Of a stretch of 64,000 nucleotides of DNA, positions 63,678 through 64,000 are shown piece after piece; positions within the stretch are counted from its first letter, which is position 1, and each line of letters starts with the position of its first letter. Made by a program: the position numbers and the translations under genes. Below the pieces are notes generated by a model that saw only the letters and a program-made list of their open reading frames with translations, had not been told where the DNA came from and did no database searches. The DNA is from Bugula neritina (Eukaryota; Animalia; Bryozoa). The stretch covers positions 62,001 to 126,000 of the forward strand of contig OZ037769.1 in assembly GCA_964035545.1 (NCBI GenBank), given 5' to 3'.

Positions 63678-64000
63678 ACATGTTCATACTGAGACATGTT
63701 GACACTGAGACATGTTGACACTGAGACATGTTGACACTGAGACATGTTCACACTGAGACATGTTGACACTGACATATGTTCATACTGAGACATGTTGACA
63801 CTGAGACATGTTGACACTGAGACATGTTCACACTGAGACATGTTGACACTGAGACATGTTGACACTGAGATATGTTCACACTGAGATATGTTGATACTGA
63901 GACATGTTTATACTGAGATATGTTGACACTGAGACATGTTGACACTGAGACATGTTCATACTGAGACATGTTTATACTGAGACATGTTGACACTGAGACA
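63678..64000. repeat. Intronic minisatellite, 16-nt unit (ctgagacatgttgaca), truncated by the window edge
   Basis: Ends ~10 nt before the acceptor at 63668. Confidence 0.94.

Overview
AT-rich, gene-dense animal genomic DNA. It is spliceosomal GT-AG and looks like a compact invertebrate genome; lophotrochozoan, e.g. bryozoan, is a guess only. Manual splicing supports 11 protein-coding genes: POLDIP2 (-, runs off the left edge), an uncharacterised ~252-aa gene (-), MRM1 (+), two tandem tetraspanins (-), a Snail/Scratch-family C2H2 factor (-), ACSF3 (+), a CocE/NonD (peptidase S15) hydrolase (-), TENT4/PAPD5 (-), a DHRSX-like SDR (-) and PISD (-). Mobile DNA comprises a solo LTR with a 4-bp TSD, a CR1/L2-type LINE 3' fragment, a 2.8-kb foldback element with ~900-bp TIRs and a degenerate MITE. 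The dominant oddity is that most longer introns are filled by their own private minisatellite. In at least 11 cases the repeat unit is a copy of that intron's own splice junction, giving arrays of up to >100 decoy donors or acceptors, including one intron that is exactly 15 copies of a 24-nt GT...AG unit. The second major observation is a pair of equal-length, same-phase duplicated exons in ACSF3 encoding two very different versions of the adenylate/substrate-pocket segment, a predicted mutually exclusive splicing switch. Most ORFs in the supplied track are repeat-derived artefacts. All exon boundaries were read by eye and need RNA-seq confirmation.
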